From an uncultured Candidatus Sumerlaeota bacterium (GTDB lineage Bacteria > Sumerlaeota > Sumerlaeia > UBA8349), in assembly GCA_942493245.1 (NCBI GenBank), contig OW818685.1:3984493-4048492 (forward strand): a stretch of 64,000 nt of DNA, written 5' to 3'. Under the pieces are notes generated by a model, which did no database searches, was not told where the DNA came from, and saw nothing but the letters and a program-made list of their open reading frames with translations. Every line of letters starts with the position of its first letter. Positions within the stretch are counted from its first letter, which is position 1. Below, piece by piece: positions 62,813 to 64,000 of the stretch. The position numbers and the translations under genes are program-made.

Positions 62813-63574
62813 ATGCTTGGAACCCCCGATTATCTGCGCGTGAAAAAACGCAGGACCGAATGCTCGGCCTGTGGCCATTCGCTTGTGGAAGAGGAACGGA
62901 TCCCCTCCATCCTGCTCGACCCCAAAGAACCCGGTACGCTGTCCGCGACTGAAACGCCCCTCCCAGAAACGGCTCCGGTGTCGACTGAAAACCCGTCCAC
63001 CGAAACCGAAGACACCGCATCCACCGTATCTCCCGCGTCGCAGGAGACCCCAGCCCCCGAGGCCACACCCGCCAAGCGGGAATCGCGCGGCAGAAAAGAC
63101 GCCAAGGCCTCCGAAAAGGAACCCGCCCCCGAGGAAACCGACGATGAGTCCTTCCTGCGGCTCGATTACTGCGAAGCCTGCTGGCAGGATCTGAAAGACC
63201 GGGCGTTTTTCTCGTTCTGGGTGAGCAAACGCACCACCACGGACCTGCCGCGCAAGAAACTCAGCAAAACCGAACGCAACCTGGCGCTCGTGGCGCTTTT
63301 CGATTCCTTGTCCGAGCGGGACGATTCCGAGGTGGATTTCTCGCCGCATCTCTTTTTTCTGGCCCATCTCCTGATGAAATTCAAAATTTTCAAGTGGGTG
63401 GTCACAAAACCGGACCCCAAGGACGGGGAACTGGTCATCCATTTCGCGCGTACGGACTCCGAAGAAGAAGTGCTGGTGCCCGACATGGACATGCCCCCCG
63501 AAATGGTCGTCCGCATCAAAGAGGAAATCGAGTCGTACCTGAGCGAAAGCACCGGGCAGCCGGTTCGACTTTAA
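62813..63574 (+). CDS. hypothetical protein with split zinc-ribbon (CxxC…CxxC) and acidic Pro/Thr/Glu-rich linker
   Basis: CSACGH and CEACWQ motifs are separated by a ~95-aa disordered segment. A conserved-looking C-terminal domain is present (…LALVALFDSL…HLFFLAHLLMKFKIFKW…). Confidence 0.6.
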   Translation: MLGTPDYLRVKKRRTECSACGHSLVEEERIPSILLDPKEPGTLSATETPLPETAPVSTENPSTETEDTASTVSPASQETPAPEATPAKRESRGRKDAKASEKEPAPEETDDESFLRLDYCEACWQDLKDRAFFSFWVSKRTTTDLPRKKLSKTERNLALVALFDSLSERDDSEVDFSPHLFFLAHLLMKFKIFKWVVTKPDPKDGELVIHFARTDSEEEVLVPDMDMPPEMVVRIKEEIESYLSESTGQPVRL

Positions 63575-63641
63575 ACTTCAAACCGTCTTTCATTTTAAGT
63601 CCCACGCGGCATATTCCATAGCCACAGAAGGCGAGAAACAC

Positions 63642-64000
63642 GTGACAAAGCGTTGCCATACCTTCCGACACCTGGTCGGCATTGGAATTCTTTCCTTCTG
63701 CTGCCTGACAGACGGATGGTCGGCTGCGCCCGCTTCGCCCCCTGATAAGACACCTCTCGACTTACCTCAGGGGTGGGAGAAAAGTCTGGTGCGCGAGGCC
63801 ATGACCGGCGTTCTGGCCGGAGAACCGGAACGGGCGCAGAAAGCGGCCCAGGCCGCACAGGCCATTCAGGAGCGCCTGACCGCCGACAAACCCGACAAAA
63901 CCACCTCCGCAACCCAGGTCTCTCAACTTCCCCCCAAACTGGCCCTGCTCGTGGCATTTCTCGAACGGGCGCCGGCAGTGCGCAAACAACTGCTCGAAAA
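63642..64000 (+). CDS. hypothetical secreted protein (5' partial view; runs off window end)
   Basis: An open frame runs from GTG 63642 to the window end with no stop. The N-terminus is hydrophobic (LVGIGILSFCCLTDGWSAAPA). Confidence 0.35.
   Translation, partial: MTKRCHTFRHLVGIGILSFCCLTDGWSAAPASPPDKTPLDLPQGWEKSLVREAMTGVLAGEPERAQKAAQAAQAIQERLTADKPDKTTSATQVSQLPPKLALLVAFLERAPAVRKQLLE

Overview
This is a G+C-rich bacterial chromosomal segment with dense coding on both strands. I find about 40 protein-coding genes, a 23S-5S rRNA pair on the minus strand, no tRNA and no CRISPR array. The 23S-5S pair has no adjacent 16S gene and no spacer tRNAs, i.e. an unlinked rrl-rrf operon. That arrangement, together with many secreted glycoside hydrolases/beta-helix proteins and pseudopilin-domain proteins, is consistent with a Planctomycetota/PVC-type genome, though that taxonomic call is inference.

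Recognisable genes:
- Housekeeping: nfo, coaBC, larB, ruvB, aroE, glgA, holA, an LptE-like lipoprotein, a LolA-like protein and a DUF4416 protein.
- Surface-polysaccharide locus: SAM-methyltransferase, priming sugar phosphotransferase, wecB, an O-antigen-ligase-like protein, and a GT2 glycosyltransferase.
- Secreted CAZyme-like proteins: an NPCBM + beta-helix protein, a GH2-discoidin protein, a beta-helix-PDZ protein and a DUF4838 protein.
- Others: a PadR/HAAS sensor-regulator pair, a flotillin, an MFS transporter and a nitroreductase.

Unusual content:
- Two short, visibly AT-richer single-gene islands encode secreted orphan proteins (4007-5188 and 42045-43082). Each is flanked by copies of one REP-like hairpin family.
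- A 113-bp MITE-like element with terminal inverted repeats is present in two copies.
- A second ~100-nt dispersed intergenic repeat family forms a repeat junkyard at 45.3-46.3 kb and recurs at 58.9-59.1 kb. One copy supplies the 3' coding tail of a 713-aa gene.
- There are long perfect or near-perfect palindromes at 26.95 kb and 48.6 kb.
- A ~1 kb strongly strand-biased (pyrimidine-rich on +) non-coding tract lies upstream of the 23S rRNA.
- Two large secreted/membrane proteins carry a type-II-secretion GspG-like pseudopilin head domain at their C-termini, with no prepilin leader.

Long ORFs antisense to the genes above are treated as G+C artefacts.
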